Shown: positions 9,684 through 20,032 of the stretch, piece by piece
Layout: each line of letters begins with the position of its first letter
Position numbering within the stretch: position 1 is the stretch's first letter
Virus record (IMG/VR): IMGVR_UViG_3300037245_002282
Reading direction: 5' to 3' (one strand)
Origin: an uncultured virus (IMG/VR IMGVR_UViG_3300037245_002282)
Taxonomy: Duplodnaviria > Heunggongvirae > Uroviricota > Caudoviricetes
DNA: 64,000 bases
The notes under the pieces: generated by a model
Database searches by the model: none
What the model was told of the DNA's origin: nothing
Seen by the model: the letters and a program-made list of their open reading frames with translations, nothing else
Program-made: the position numbers and the translations under genes

Positions 9684-10177
9684 AATCGCGCTCTCCTTGC
9701 CCACTCCGCTATCAATAAACTATCAGCATCTTTCTGTTTTACTATCACTTTTCGAAGATTAGGAAATAACCGAAGTCCTATATCCTTCGAAGCTGATTTC
9801 AAAGCCGCAACCCCTTCAATGCCCTTGGGTAATAATGGCTTCTGCCATTTCCTCGAATCAATAAACTCATGAGGAAGATTAAGTTGCTCGACAAGGATCA
9901 AAGTAGCCTCCCACGCACGCGCGGCAGATATAGAAGCGACAAAACCTTTCGGATTCTTATACGGTCGCTCCATAAGTACCAGCACCGAATCTACCCCATC
10001 CATCCACTCAAGAAGTATATTTTTAAGTGTTTCAAAATCAATCCGAGTAATATTGGCTTTTTTCACAGTATAATCCTGCTCTTTAAAAGTGGGTGTAGGT
10101 ACCATATAAGAGTTATCACCATCTACATATGACAGCGATCCCGTTATTCCGTTATCCACGCCGATATACGCTTTCAT
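9680..10177 (-). CDS. ruvC: RuvC-like Holliday junction resolvase
   Basis: YIGVDNGITG, VLMERP, WQKPLL, KDADSLLIA. Confidence 0.85.
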   Translation of the reverse strand: MKAYIGVDNGITGSLSYVDGDNSYMVPTPTFKEQDYTVKKANITRIDFETLKNILLEWMDGVDSVLVLMERPYKNPKGFVASISAARAWEATLILVEQLNLPHEFIDSRKWQKPLLPKGIEGVAALKSASKDIGLRLFPNLRKVIVKQKDADSLLIAEWARRARL

Positions 10178-10497
10178 GATCTCCCCTTACACTTCGGACA
10201 ACTCCAAATATGATAATCATGATATTTCCACCCATGCTTCTCGCTATTCAATTCTAAACCCTTCGCATCACAGAACTCACAAGCTATGAACTTAACTCGT
10301 TTAAAAGCTTTGTATTGCACAAAAACAGCTTGAATAAAGGAGGGTTGCCTTATAATAAATGAATTATGCCATCTCCAATACTTAACTTTCAATAAGGAAG
10401 GGAACGCCCAATACATACAAACTTTTATATTCCGTTCAAATAATCCCAATTTTGCACCTAGCTCATAAGCGTCTTTTATTTTATCAGTCATTCCCAT
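10174..10497 (-). CDS. hypothetical protein with C-terminal Zn finger
   Basis: CEFC...CPKC; AAGGAG RBS. Confidence 0.6.
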   Translation of the reverse strand: MGMTDKIKDAYELGAKLGLFERNIKVCMYWAFPSLLKVKYWRWHNSFIIRQPSFIQAVFVQYKAFKRVKFIACEFCDAKGLELNSEKHGWKYHDYHIWSCPKCKGRS

Positions 10498-10994
10498 AAC
10501 TCCTTCTCATCAGAAGAACCGAATCCCTTCCCCTGTCTATCAGCATCTATGTTTTCAACATCTGAAAAATACGGAATTAACTATGGAACTCCCTGACAGA
10601 TTTTATCCCCTTTTTTAATTTGAAATCCTGTTCGACTATAATTATATAATTTCACTTTGATTATGGCTTTGTTCCCCTCAGTACTCACATAATCCTGATC
10701 AATAACCCCCGCATTACTGGCTTCAATTCCATGTTTAAAAGCAAGCCCAGAGCGTGATTGTATTATTAAAGATAATACAAATAATTCATTTAGGGCTTTT
10801 AATAAATTAAACCAACTGGATTGTGAATCGGGCATAAACTTCGGATTCCAAGAAATACCCGTTGAAATAATAACATCATGATTGGCATAAAGAAAAACAT
10901 CCTCATCACTATAAAAATCCACTCCAGCACTCACCGCAGTATGTCGGGTGGGTAATTTAGCAGTATCCGTTTCCTGTTTAAAATTATATTTCAT
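10488..10994 (-). pseudogene. dut: trimeric dUTPase interrupted by one in-frame TAG at 10581-10583 (pseudogene, readthrough or sequence error)
   Basis: Motifs SAGVDF, SRSGLA, GVIDQDY, GDKICQ precede the TAG; the same frame continues LIPYFSDVENIDADRQGKGFGSSDEKELWE* (motif V) to 10488. Confidence 0.85.
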
Positions 10995-10998
10995 TCCA

Positions 10999-12552
10999 TC
11001 ATTCCTTTATAGCATCCTTAATATAATCGGGGATAAACTTTCTATTCCGTTTATAAAACCATCCGAATCCAGAATCCAAAATGTATGTGACAGCTTTCTC
11101 TTTTGGGGATCTCACCGAACGTCCCAACGCCTGAATAAACATAACAGTTGTAATCCACCCGTACCAGTTCGCATCAAGCTCCATTTTCCGTTTGACTACC
11201 TTATCACCCATACTCGGGTATGGGATCTTACAAAATACTTGAATCTGACTCAGATCCCCATAAAGATCCAGACCTTCCCGCAAACCACTTGCCACAATAA
11301 ATGATCCGACCTTTCTTTTATGACTTTCCAGCATATCCTGTGGACGGGGAAAGTTTTTATTAAATGTGAATCGACTGTCAAACAGATTACGTTGTAAATA
11401 CGATGCTATCTTCTCACTATGCGTTTGAATAATCCCCTTCCTATCAGGAAATCTATCCACAATAAACTGTACACACTCAACAATATGCGGGAGTGTATCA
11501 TCAATATCATGATAACTCATCTTCCCGGCATACTTTTTGATTATAGGTCTATTCTCAGGAGGAAACGTAGAAGGGACATTTACATAATAGGTCTCCGAAG
11601 GATTCAAACCCACCTCTTTACAGAACATTTCTTTATCTAAAATAGTAGCACTCATGAGAATCACCCGTTCACCGTAATTAAACAGCCACCGACTGGCGAA
11701 CTTGCCCACAGATACAGGTCTGAAAGTTACATTAGGACCGTGGTGCCCTTTAGACTTAAAATCAAATACAAACTCTGTAGGTTTTTCTTTCTGACGTTCA
11801 AATAGATACATCCCCATTTTCTGAAGCAAACTCCCGAGACCCTGCATTTTTTTTAATTGAGCAGCATCATCCAAACCAATATCATTATACAATCTCTGCA
11901 AGGAATCATACTCTGCCTGATATTCCGCTTTAGTAGCTCCCACAAAATTATCATATTCCTGTAACGTATAGGCTTCCGGGACAATAATCCCACCTCTGCT
12001 ATTTATTGTAAAACTCAGGAAATCCGTAAACTTTCCCGGAATATTATGAGCTTCATCAACTATCAGCAGCTTTCTCCCACCATAACCGTTACCGTAACTA
12101 TTTTGATAAAAGAATGAATCGAAATTGTGAACAGTGACAGGTGCAGACATAGCTTTACCCTTCGCTACCTGATAAGGACAATTCGGATTCGGTGCCATCT
12201 TCTTACGGCGACAGGGACCATTCGCACAACTATCACCAGCTTCACCTTCAATACAGGCAAAAGCGGAGCGACCCATCATAATAAACATATCTTGAAAATC
12301 CCGCTGGTACTGTCCCTGTAATAACTTCTGAACAGTAACTAAATGAGTACTGGCAGCTTGAAATGCAAAAGCACGAGCAACATGACTTTTTCCAGATCCA
12401 GTTGGCGCATCGATTACTACGTATCTGAAGCCTTGCTCAAATGCAGCTTCAATCTCTTCAATAGTTTCCCGTTGATGAGGTCTGTATCCGGTACCCACGA
12501 AATAATCCGTAGCTGGACCTTTAGTTCCAAATATATTTACAGATGTTTCCAT
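10999..12552 (-). CDS. DinG/XPD-family SF2 helicase
   Basis: Q motif RPHQ; DAPTGSGKS; 4-Cys cluster after GRSAFAC; IVDEAHN; MSAT; EGLDL; KIPYP; QALGRSVRS. Confidence 0.9.
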   Translation of the reverse strand: METSVNIFGTKGPATDYFVGTGYRPHQRETIEEIEAAFEQGFRYVVIDAPTGSGKSHVARAFAFQAASTHLVTVQKLLQGQYQRDFQDMFIMMGRSAFACIEGEAGDSCANGPCRRKKMAPNPNCPYQVAKGKAMSAPVTVHNFDSFFYQNSYGNGYGGRKLLIVDEAHNIPGKFTDFLSFTINSRGGIIVPEAYTLQEYDNFVGATKAEYQAEYDSLQRLYNDIGLDDAAQLKKMQGLGSLLQKMGMYLFERQKEKPTEFVFDFKSKGHHGPNVTFRPVSVGKFASRWLFNYGERVILMSATILDKEMFCKEVGLNPSETYYVNVPSTFPPENRPIIKKYAGKMSYHDIDDTLPHIVECVQFIVDRFPDRKGIIQTHSEKIASYLQRNLFDSRFTFNKNFPRPQDMLESHKRKVGSFIVASGLREGLDLYGDLSQIQVFCKIPYPSMGDKVVKRKMELDANWYGWITTVMFIQALGRSVRSPKEKAVTYILDSGFGWFYKRNRKFIPDYIKDAIKE

Positions 12553-12562
12553 ATTACCGCCC

Positions 12563-12973
12563 TTACCATAGTATACCTGTATCTCTCGATGATGGTAGAG
12601 AGTTTTTTCCAGCCGCCTCGATGTTGTCCGGTTTTGAATGAAGTAAATCCTTTAGTTCCAAATATATTTTGGGACCCATCAGCAGTTTCGAGAGTTTTTC
12701 CCTTAACTGTTCGGGTGCCGTTCCTATTTTCTGGTGATGTAGTCCGCACAGACATATTCCATTCTCCAATACGAGCCGAAGCTCTTTAAACCGCCGGTCA
12801 AATACGTGGTGACCCGCCGCATTCCACTTGCTTCCACAACCCGGCCAGATACATCTCCCATCTGATCGAGCACAAACTTTCTCCTGCCAGTCGGCATCAT
12901 TCGTCGCGTAAATCATTTTGCATTCTAATTCTAACCAACTCGCGAACCACCGCCCCGCGAGCTGCCCCGGCAC
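12563..12973 (-). CDS. HNH-like nuclease
   Basis: CIWPGC...GHHVF...NGICLCGLHH; true start probably near 12916. Confidence 0.7.
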   Translation of the reverse strand: MPGQLAGRWFASWLELECKMIYATNDADWQEKVCARSDGRCIWPGCGSKWNAAGHHVFDRRFKELRLVLENGICLCGLHHQKIGTAPEQLREKLSKLLMGPKIYLELKDLLHSKPDNIEAAGKNSLPSSRDTGILW

Positions 12974-13097
12974 TTACACCCAACCCCTTAGCAAGAACTA
13001 ATAATCTATATAAGGATGTTGGATGCAAAGTTCTGGTTATATACTCACGTACAGCTACCAGTTCATCCTCACTCCAATCATGATACTTTCTTTTCAC
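12897..13097 (-). CDS. small Myb/HTH-like protein
   Basis: WSEDEL...LAKGLGVSAGAAR; GTGA overlap with sbcC stop, GAGGTGG RBS. Confidence 0.55.
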   Translation of the reverse strand: MKRKYHDWSEDELVAVREYITRTLHPTSLYRLLVLAKGLGVSAGAARGAVVRELVRIRMQNDLRDE

Positions 13098-15058
13098 ACT
13101 ACCACCTCAACTATAGAATCCCCGCTATCCGCACTGACTCTAAGAGTTTTAGAAAATATATCCCGCATCTCAGTATGACTAACCATAAGAACAGCCGGGA
13201 ACATTTTTCTCAGTGACTTATTGATCAGACGAACAAGATCATCCCGTCGTTTCGGACTAAGATTCCCCATGGCCTCATCAAGTATTAAATAGTCAACCGT
13301 TACCTCACGGAAGTCTCTAATAATCTGAGATATAGCTACACGAACCGCAATATAGAACATTACTTTCTCACCTTCACTCAGTTGATTAAATGTTCGATCT
13401 CCCTTACAATCCTGTAATTTAAACTCAACCCCCGGTTTACCTCTATCCTCAACTTCAATTACTGATATTCGACCGCTATCAAACTCCTGATAAATAGTTG
13501 TAGCAATCTCTTCAATCTGAACCATGGTATCCTTAATCAATCGCATAGGAATACCGTATCGGTTCCATGCATCTATTAACAGTTTGGCCGCCCGCATATC
13601 TTTACGGCTTATTTTAATATTAACATCACAATCACGGAGCACTCCCTTAACCGTGAGATTACTTTTTAAGCTGATTCTGTGTACTTTAATCGCACTATTA
13701 CTAGCCGAAATATCACTCACCACACCTTCAATCTGATCACTGATATCCTCTATATCTTTATGTAATTTCTGATAAGCGTCCCCTAATTTTTCCTGAAGAT
13801 CAATAAACCGGTTATCCTTAATGGTTTTATTAGATTGAAGTTTACGTAATTCGCTATTAACCACAATAACCCGTGCATTATCTTTCTTAGCAGATACAAC
13901 AGCGTCATCTATCAGTGTTTTCAACTCAGACATCTTAACTACAACCCGATTATACTCAGTCACCTGATCAGAACGAATCTTAATAGATTCTTTATCTTTC
14001 TTATACTGCTTTCGAAGAGTTACAATTTCAGCGCGCCATAATTCAATCTGATTATCAGCAACAGGAGCAGCACATAGCGGACACTCATTAACTGTAGATT
14101 CTGAATCAATTACCTTGTTCAACAGGTCACCTCTACCGGATGCCGCCCCTATGGCTTTATGAAGCTCCCCGATCTTAACAGCCTCTTCTGTAGGTGTAAT
14201 CTTAGGTTTCTTCAAACCATCCCGCTCTTTTATACTATCAGTCGATACCTCAGTTAAATCCAATAAGTTCTCATTAAGATCCTCAAGCTCTTCTTCCAAT
14301 CGTTTAATATCACAATCAATAGTCCTGCGTTCCACGGATAATTCAGATTTCTCTTTTAAAAAAGCCTGATATTTCTCTTCCTCAATTAAAAGAAGATCCT
14401 TCTTAGATTTCAAAGCCAGATGCTGTTGTGAAGATTTCTCAATATCAGCTTCACAGATCTTAATTAACGATTTAGTAGCTTCCTCATTTACCAGTCCAGC
14501 CTCGGCACCTTCTTTTTTGGATTCAGCCATTTTTTTAACACTCTCGGCAGCAGAAAACTTAGATTTTGCAGATGCCAGTAATTTTTTATACGGTCCGATC
14601 TCTGCAAGTTTCTGTAGAGCTTCCAATCGGTTAGCGGGTGTAACTCTAATCAAAGTATCATGGCGAACATCCTGAAGTCCAAAAAATGCAGTCAGCATAA
14701 ATGTATCACCATCCATACCTAAATGATTCTTAACCCAGACTTTCGCGTCGTCCCCTTTCGCTACCAGTTCACCATCCTTACGTACATTAAAATATCCGGT
14801 ACCGCCCTTTTTACGACCTCTGCGAATCTCAACACCGTTATCTTCTGTAAGAATAACATCATGGGAACCATCTCCTTTAATCCGAGACATACCTTCCATA
14901 GTCTCCCGGCCAATGCCAAAATAAACATAAGGAATAGCTTCCAGTAACGAACTTTTTCCAACCCCGTTATCTCCGGTAACCGCGACAGTTGAACCTGTCA
15001 TATCTACAAGCACATCGCGATAACTCAAGAAGTTTTTTAAACTTATGGATCTAATCAC
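13094..15058 (-). CDS. sbcC: SbcC/Rad50 SMC-like ATPase (gp46-like)
   Basis: LKNFLSY, GDNGVGKSS, coiled coil with CPLC zinc hook, LSEGE signature, LILDE, VSH. Confidence 0.93.
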   Translation of the reverse strand: MIRSISLKNFLSYRDVLVDMTGSTVAVTGDNGVGKSSLLEAIPYVYFGIGRETMEGMSRIKGDGSHDVILTEDNGVEIRRGRKKGGTGYFNVRKDGELVAKGDDAKVWVKNHLGMDGDTFMLTAFFGLQDVRHDTLIRVTPANRLEALQKLAEIGPYKKLLASAKSKFSAAESVKKMAESKKEGAEAGLVNEEATKSLIKICEADIEKSSQQHLALKSKKDLLLIEEEKYQAFLKEKSELSVERRTIDCDIKRLEEELEDLNENLLDLTEVSTDSIKERDGLKKPKITPTEEAVKIGELHKAIGAASGRGDLLNKVIDSESTVNECPLCAAPVADNQIELWRAEIVTLRKQYKKDKESIKIRSDQVTEYNRVVVKMSELKTLIDDAVVSAKKDNARVIVVNSELRKLQSNKTIKDNRFIDLQEKLGDAYQKLHKDIEDISDQIEGVVSDISASNSAIKVHRISLKSNLTVKGVLRDCDVNIKISRKDMRAAKLLIDAWNRYGIPMRLIKDTMVQIEEIATTIYQEFDSGRISVIEVEDRGKPGVEFKLQDCKGDRTFNQLSEGEKVMFYIAVRVAISQIIRDFREVTVDYLILDEAMGNLSPKRRDDLVRLINKSLRKMFPAVLMVSHTEMRDIFSKTLRVSADSGDSIVEVVV

Positions 15059-16149
15059 GCCAGCACCTCCGTAATAATCTGCTCACCCATCTTTTTAGCA
15101 TTCATTCGATCCTTCACAGGAACATCCGGGGAATCTCCCAGCCAATCGGTTAATAGTTTGGTATGGGATACCGTTTTTTTCTGTGACTTGACTTCTGTCC
15201 GGTCCCCTACAACTTTTGTTTCATACCGGGTAACGTGTCCATATTTATTAAACAACGCCCTGACATAAGATTCATCAACAACACCGTACTGTTTGGCAAG
15301 TACTGTAATTTTAATGATAGCACCAGACGCTATTTCATCAATAGCTTCCTCATCCAAAGAAGTCTCATCTTTATCTGTAAGATCCAATTCAATATGTTGC
15401 CATCGCGCCCCCATATCTTCAGGAAACACCCTCTCAGTATACTTATCAGGATCTCTCAAAGGTACTTCCAAATACCCTTTAACTTCATTTACCTCACCAA
15501 AGTTATTGATAGTTACCGATCCGGGATATACTACTTTTACGTTATCAGTTTTAAAAGAACCCTGAGTATGGATATGTCCTGAAAATATCAATCCAGATAA
15601 TTTAGATAAGTCGAGTTCCATAGCGTCACCAGCTTCAAAAAATATATCATTTGAATACTCACTATCAATCACTTGACCATGTGTTATACAGAAATCAGGC
15701 TTAAACTTATCTAACATTACTTCAAGGCTGATTACAGTCTCTCTCTGTGCTAAAGGAATATGTGGATAAAATAATACATTCGCCTCACCTGTAGCATCTT
15801 TTATAGTAAGTAATGCTGGATCTGTAACACAGACTACATGGGCAATATCAATCTCACTAAGCATACGAGTATTTACCCAATCAGTTCCAGAATCGTGATT
15901 CCCCGGTATAACGTAAATTGTGATATCTGAATATCTTGTTAAAAACTTGAACCATAAAGCGAGAATCAAAGTAATCGGATTTAATTTATTAAATATATCC
16001 CCGGCAAAACTAATGGATTGCTTTGTCTTTCGGGCCAAATCGCCAATATAACATAAAGCATTCCACACATCTAATCTTTGAACAGGTATCCCATCTACCA
16101 GATATGAATCATTTTCTTTCCCAAGATGTAAGTCTGAAATAATTAACAT
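15055..16149 (-). CDS. sbcD: SbcD/Mre11 nuclease (gp47-like)
   Basis: SDLHLG, AGDIF, PGNHD, THG, SGHIH, YPGS; start at 16149 after GGAGGA. Confidence 0.93.
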   Translation of the reverse strand: MLIISDLHLGKENDSYLVDGIPVQRLDVWNALCYIGDLARKTKQSISFAGDIFNKLNPITLILALWFKFLTRYSDITIYVIPGNHDSGTDWVNTRMLSEIDIAHVVCVTDPALLTIKDATGEANVLFYPHIPLAQRETVISLEVMLDKFKPDFCITHGQVIDSEYSNDIFFEAGDAMELDLSKLSGLIFSGHIHTQGSFKTDNVKVVYPGSVTINNFGEVNEVKGYLEVPLRDPDKYTERVFPEDMGARWQHIELDLTDKDETSLDEEAIDEIASGAIIKITVLAKQYGVVDESYVRALFNKYGHVTRYETKVVGDRTEVKSQKKTVSHTKLLTDWLGDSPDVPVKDRMNAKKMGEQIITEVLA

Positions 16150-16206
16150 ATATTCCTCCATGTTAAACCTTGTATTACCCATGATAGTAACTTATAGCCA
16201 TTTACA

Positions 16207-17310
16207 CTACACATCACGTCGGCTTTCCCTCTCTTCAATAATATCGTAGATCTCAGCTAAAGCTTTCTGATCTGTCTCTGTCTTTAATAATTTACGCAGA
16301 CCCGTGGCGGTATAACTCTTTTTCCGAACCGGCAACCTTAATACAGGTGCAACAGGCTTCCCTGTTGAGTTCTTAACTTTTACATTTGCTTTAGGTGCTA
16401 CAAAAGCACCACTATATTCAAGGAATGCAACTAGGTCCTTCACTCTGTCAATTCCCTTACCGTACTCGATAACAAACGAAGCTTTTCGATGAGGTGGGAA
16501 TACTTTATTCTTTTTAACAGTAACGTTAACGGTCGTGGACAACTCCTGACTTTCTTCAATAGTATTATCATAACCCATCAACGTATTACCCACATGTTTT
16601 CCAGTTCTAGGTGCTCGTATTTCTAAACGATAAGTAGCATAAAACTTCAAAGCATTCCCACCGGAAGTTGTCTCGGGATTACCAAATATCACTCCTATTT
16701 TCATACGGATCTGATTGATAAAAATAAGAATTGCTTCATTCTTCATAACTAAAGGCGTTAATTTCCTACACGCCTGACTCATCAATCTTGCCTGTAAACC
16801 AACGTGAGACTCACCCATCCCACCTTCAACTTCAGCTCGAGGAGTTAACGCAGATACAGAATCCACAACTACAAGTTTAAAACCGGCTTTGATTGCCTCC
16901 TCAACAGCATTCAAAGCCTCTTCAGCACAGTTAGGTTGAGCTATCGTCAACATAGACATATCTATACCTAAAGCCTCCGCATAATACGCATCCAGAGAAT
17001 GCTCCATATCTATAAATAACACCGGAAGATCAATATCAGTTGTTTTGGAAATTACCTGAACCTCTTTAATAGCATGTAAAGCCAATGTAGTTTTTCCACT
17101 AGATTCAGGACCATATATTTCAGCAATCCTTCCCCAAGCATACCCGACAAACGGATTACCACTCATCGATATATTCAGCATCATGCTACCTGTATTTACC
17201 CCGTTAATTATTCTATTATCAGGATCAGGAATCATACTGGTCAACGACGGTTCTTTCAGAGTATCATTAACCTTCTTACGTAATGTTTGAAGCTCTTCCG
17301 GTGTCATCAT
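16207..17310 (-). CDS. recA: RecA recombinase
   Basis: EIYGPESSGKTTL, VVVDSV, ARLMSQACRKL, INQIRMKIGVIFGNPETTSGGNALKFYA. Confidence 0.97.
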   Translation of the reverse strand: MMTPEELQTLRKKVNDTLKEPSLTSMIPDPDNRIINGVNTGSMMLNISMSGNPFVGYAWGRIAEIYGPESSGKTTLALHAIKEVQVISKTTDIDLPVLFIDMEHSLDAYYAEALGIDMSMLTIAQPNCAEEALNAVEEAIKAGFKLVVVDSVSALTPRAEVEGGMGESHVGLQARLMSQACRKLTPLVMKNEAILIFINQIRMKIGVIFGNPETTSGGNALKFYATYRLEIRAPRTGKHVGNTLMGYDNTIEESQELSTTVNVTVKKNKVFPPHRKASFVIEYGKGIDRVKDLVAFLEYSGAFVAPKANVKVKNSTGKPVAPVLRLPVRKKSYTATGLRKLLKTETDQKALAEIYDIIEERESRRDV

Positions 17311-17314
17311 CTCA

Positions 17315-18388
17315 TCAAATCCTTACTTTCCCCGATTTTTTAACGGCAGTCTTCTTTGCAGCGTTAACCGGTACCTTACCGGTCTTAGCGACAGGTTTCT
17401 TTACAACTTCCTTTTCAGGTTCCGGCTCAGTATCTTCTACCCAGCCTTCAGGGATATCATCTTCAAACGCAGTCTCATCCCCTTCTTCAGCAGCCGGAGC
17501 AATACCGTCATCGGGTTCAACATCGTCATCGGGTTCAACATCATCAAGATATGAATTATCCGGCTCATCTACAGAATCATCTTCAAGTTGTACAGCTTCA
17601 TCATCGGCAATCTCTTCCGATTCCTGCCCTGTGAGATACGCAGCTACCTTTGCAACTTCATCCACATCGATTTCACTCAAGGTATCCAGATCAAGATCTT
17701 CAAGTTCTTTAGGGATTTCAATCTCCAGCATATCAGTTAAAGCTTCCTCGGCTCCCCAGACAACAGCGGTATACTTAGTTTTTTTACCTTTTCTTTTCTC
17801 TTTTTTAGTAAAAAGAACTCTGGTCCCCAAATCAGTACCATCTTTAATGTACGGTGTATTATCTCCGTTAATCAGACCTGTTAGACCTTCCCACTGCGAC
17901 TCGCTCAAATTGAGCAAACCAACCTCAACATTGGAATCTTCATTTTCAGCATCCAGTTCAAAGTCAGCTTCAGTAAACTTTTTACCTTTACTGTCCTTAT
18001 ATAGAACGTACTGACCACGAACAGCCTTTAATACCACAGCACCTTTACCGCGAATATCATTTGCCTTATCTTTCAGTTTGTTACCGGCAGCAAGCTCATT
18101 TTCTTCCTCACGAAGACGTTTACCCTCCTGATAAAGTTCAAGTGTATGCTCGCAAAGCAGGCAATCATCAGTAGCAAAACCCCCACCTTCAGCACCCCCG
18201 GCACAAACCACAGAGCGCTTACCCTGCGGACCCTCATACCAGTGTGAAAAGAAACTGACATATTCCAGCCCCAACAGATACCATGGGGTCTTTGCATCCG
18301 GTATAGTTAGAAAGAGACTCGCCCCTCCCGACTCCATAGAAGCACTGGTTTGTTGTATGTCTTCGGTTTTCCCTAGACTTTTAGCCAT
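17315..18388 (-). CDS. single-stranded DNA-binding protein (gp32-like) with acidic tail
   Basis: H...C...CLLC Zn motif (FSHWY...VVC...DCLLC); long Asp/Glu-rich C-terminus; upstream of recA. Confidence 0.7.
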   Translation of the reverse strand: MAKSLGKTEDIQQTSASMESGGASLFLTIPDAKTPWYLLGLEYVSFFSHWYEGPQGKRSVVCAGGAEGGGFATDDCLLCEHTLELYQEGKRLREEENELAAGNKLKDKANDIRGKGAVVLKAVRGQYVLYKDSKGKKFTEADFELDAENEDSNVEVGLLNLSESQWEGLTGLINGDNTPYIKDGTDLGTRVLFTKKEKRKGKKTKYTAVVWGAEEALTDMLEIEIPKELEDLDLDTLSEIDVDEVAKVAAYLTGQESEEIADDEAVQLEDDSVDEPDNSYLDDVEPDDDVEPDDGIAPAAEEGDETAFEDDIPEGWVEDTEPEPEKEVVKKPVAKTGKVPVNAAKKTAVKKSGKVRI

Positions 18389-18398
18389 AAATGGCCTC

Positions 18399-18899
18399 CT
18401 AAAAATCGCTGAGCGACCCTTTACTCTTCAACGAAGAGGCTGACAAACCGCTGATTTCAGCGTATGTCAGACGGGCGATCTCGCGTAATGTCCATGTTTT
18501 AGTATTATAACCACTCACTAAAATATTGATCTTTTTAGTGATATCCTTCAGATCCCGAAGGCCGGATTTCATTTTCCGGTATTCATCGACATTTTCCAAC
18601 ATAACTTTAGACTTTTTAAAGCCTTCAGTTTTCTTGCCGTACTCAGTATCTACATCCATATATTTCTGTTGAAACCAGATCTCAAAATCTTCTTCTTTCT
18701 CCTCAATCGACCGTTCCAATGAAACCAAAAACGTTTTCCAATAAGACGCCCGTGCCGGAATCTCATTTAAATTATCTTTAATCTCACCTACAGACATATC
18801 CTTAAGAAACATCGAGTCCACTACCGGGGCAAAGTACTTTTTACCCTTGTAAGTAAACGTGATATCAATATTTTCAATGCCTTTCAAACTCTTAGCCAT
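18399..18899 (-). CDS. UvsY-like recombination mediator (helical)
   Basis: Coiled coil with KKTE..KKSKV motif, upstream of SSB and recA; start at 18899 after GGAGA. Confidence 0.5.
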   Translation of the reverse strand: MAKSLKGIENIDITFTYKGKKYFAPVVDSMFLKDMSVGEIKDNLNEIPARASYWKTFLVSLERSIEEKEEDFEIWFQQKYMDVDTEYGKKTEGFKKSKVMLENVDEYRKMKSGLRDLKDITKKINILVSGYNTKTWTLREIARLTYAEISGLSASSLKSKGSLSDF

Positions 18900-18922
18900 A
18901 CAATCTCCATATAACGTAATAA

Positions 18923-20032
18923 TCACTGTTTTCGTGATTTCCTTACAACTGAATTGATATCTAATCGATCAACCCCTTTTCGAGCGTCAAGGCGAAACTG
19001 ATCCTTTTCAGTTCCACGGATCATTTTATCAATCCCTTTACTTCTAGCCATACCTGACAACAACAGATGAACCTGTAGATCATTTATCCGGGCATTATAA
19101 TAACTCGTTCTGATTACTGAAGGTGTATGTCGGGTAGCTTTACTGACTGCGGAAAATATTTCTTCAATAAACTCAGCAGTCCATTTTAATCGTTTCCATT
19201 TCATAGGGATTCCGATAGAAATCACATACTGTTTCGCAGTTCTAATATCAAGGGACCCGAATACCAGACTTGATTCCCGTATAGCTCGCATCAAACCACC
19301 ATCTTCAGTCAATCGCTCAGAGAAAACCATACGGCGAAGATCCACATAACCATTAGTAGCGAACAACATACGACGAAGGTCATTTGCATCTAAAGCTTTA
19401 TACCCTGCCGAAACATCTATAAAATCAGAATACTTTTCCAATTGAGTTAATACGTGAAACCGTTTCAAACCGGTAACTATCCCGGTATTCACAGCACCCC
19501 AGTAATCACCATCTTCTGAGTGGCCGTATCTTTGAATACAGAAATCATTATCTATCAATAATGTGGCAACCCGTTCTTTCTGTATATAATCCTTAATCAA
19601 CCGGTCCAGAGTTTCCAGAGCATTAGGTTTAGTTGGTAGACCTTCACGGCTTTCTGGCAACGTGTAAATCAGAAAAATTTCCTTACCCAGTTCGAGTAAG
19701 TAATCAAGTACAGGAAATAAAAATCCAGTACCCGCGCCACCACCACCTCCAACAGTGACTAATACACTGCGGGAGGGTCTAAAGTTTTTTCTACTGTTTA
19801 AAAAATCCCGTATTTCACCAATCCTCTCACCGGCTAACTGTTCACCAAAGCGGGGATCACGACCAGTTCCCCCACTTTCAAATACAAGACGTTCGTACCG
19901 GCCTAGTCCCATATGTGCGAAATCAATCCCGGCGAGGTTCATTACCACAGTAGAGAGTTCCATTCCATCCTTAAAAGATTTAGCAAGGCGTCCGCCGCCC
20001 TGCCCTAAACCTATTCCAAAATCAAACATCAA
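18923..20032 (-). CDS. tubulin/FtsZ-superfamily GTPase (TubZ/PhuZ/CetZ-like)
   Basis: GIGLGQGGGRLA (T1), GGTGRDP (T3), GGGGGAGTG (T4 signature variant), LPESREG (T5), IDND (T6), LDANDL (T7). Confidence 0.9.
   Translation of the reverse strand: MMFDFGIGLGQGGGRLAKSFKDGMELSTVVMNLAGIDFAHMGLGRYERLVFESGGTGRDPRFGEQLAGERIGEIRDFLNSRKNFRPSRSVLVTVGGGGGAGTGFLFPVLDYLLELGKEIFLIYTLPESREGLPTKPNALETLDRLIKDYIQKERVATLLIDNDFCIQRYGHSEDGDYWGAVNTGIVTGLKRFHVLTQLEKYSDFIDVSAGYKALDANDLRRMLFATNGYVDLRRMVFSERLTEDGGLMRAIRESSLVFGSLDIRTAKQYVISIGIPMKWKRLKWTAEFIEEIFSAVSKATRHTPSVIRTSYYNARINDLQVHLLLSGMARSKGIDKMIRGTEKDQFRLDARKGVDRLDINSVVRKSRKQ

Noticed and set aside
12537..12755. 72-aa minus-strand ORF overlapping the HNH gene
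   Set aside because: Almost entirely nested in the HNH-like CDS, with no RBS or motif
17508..17543. 18-bp tandem duplication in the SSB tail
   Set aside because: Encodes a DVEPDD repeat in a low-complexity acidic tail; ordinary slippage
17283..18014. Long plus-strand ORFs (also 3037..3567, 4687..5181 and others)
   Set aside because: Antisense shadows of well-supported minus-strand genes; Ser-rich, no motifs or RBS
18923..20032. Host ftsZ or evidence of a nucleus-forming jumbo phage
   Set aside because: No dcw context or FtsZ C-terminal peptide; no shell protein or multisubunit RNA polymerase is recognisable in the window
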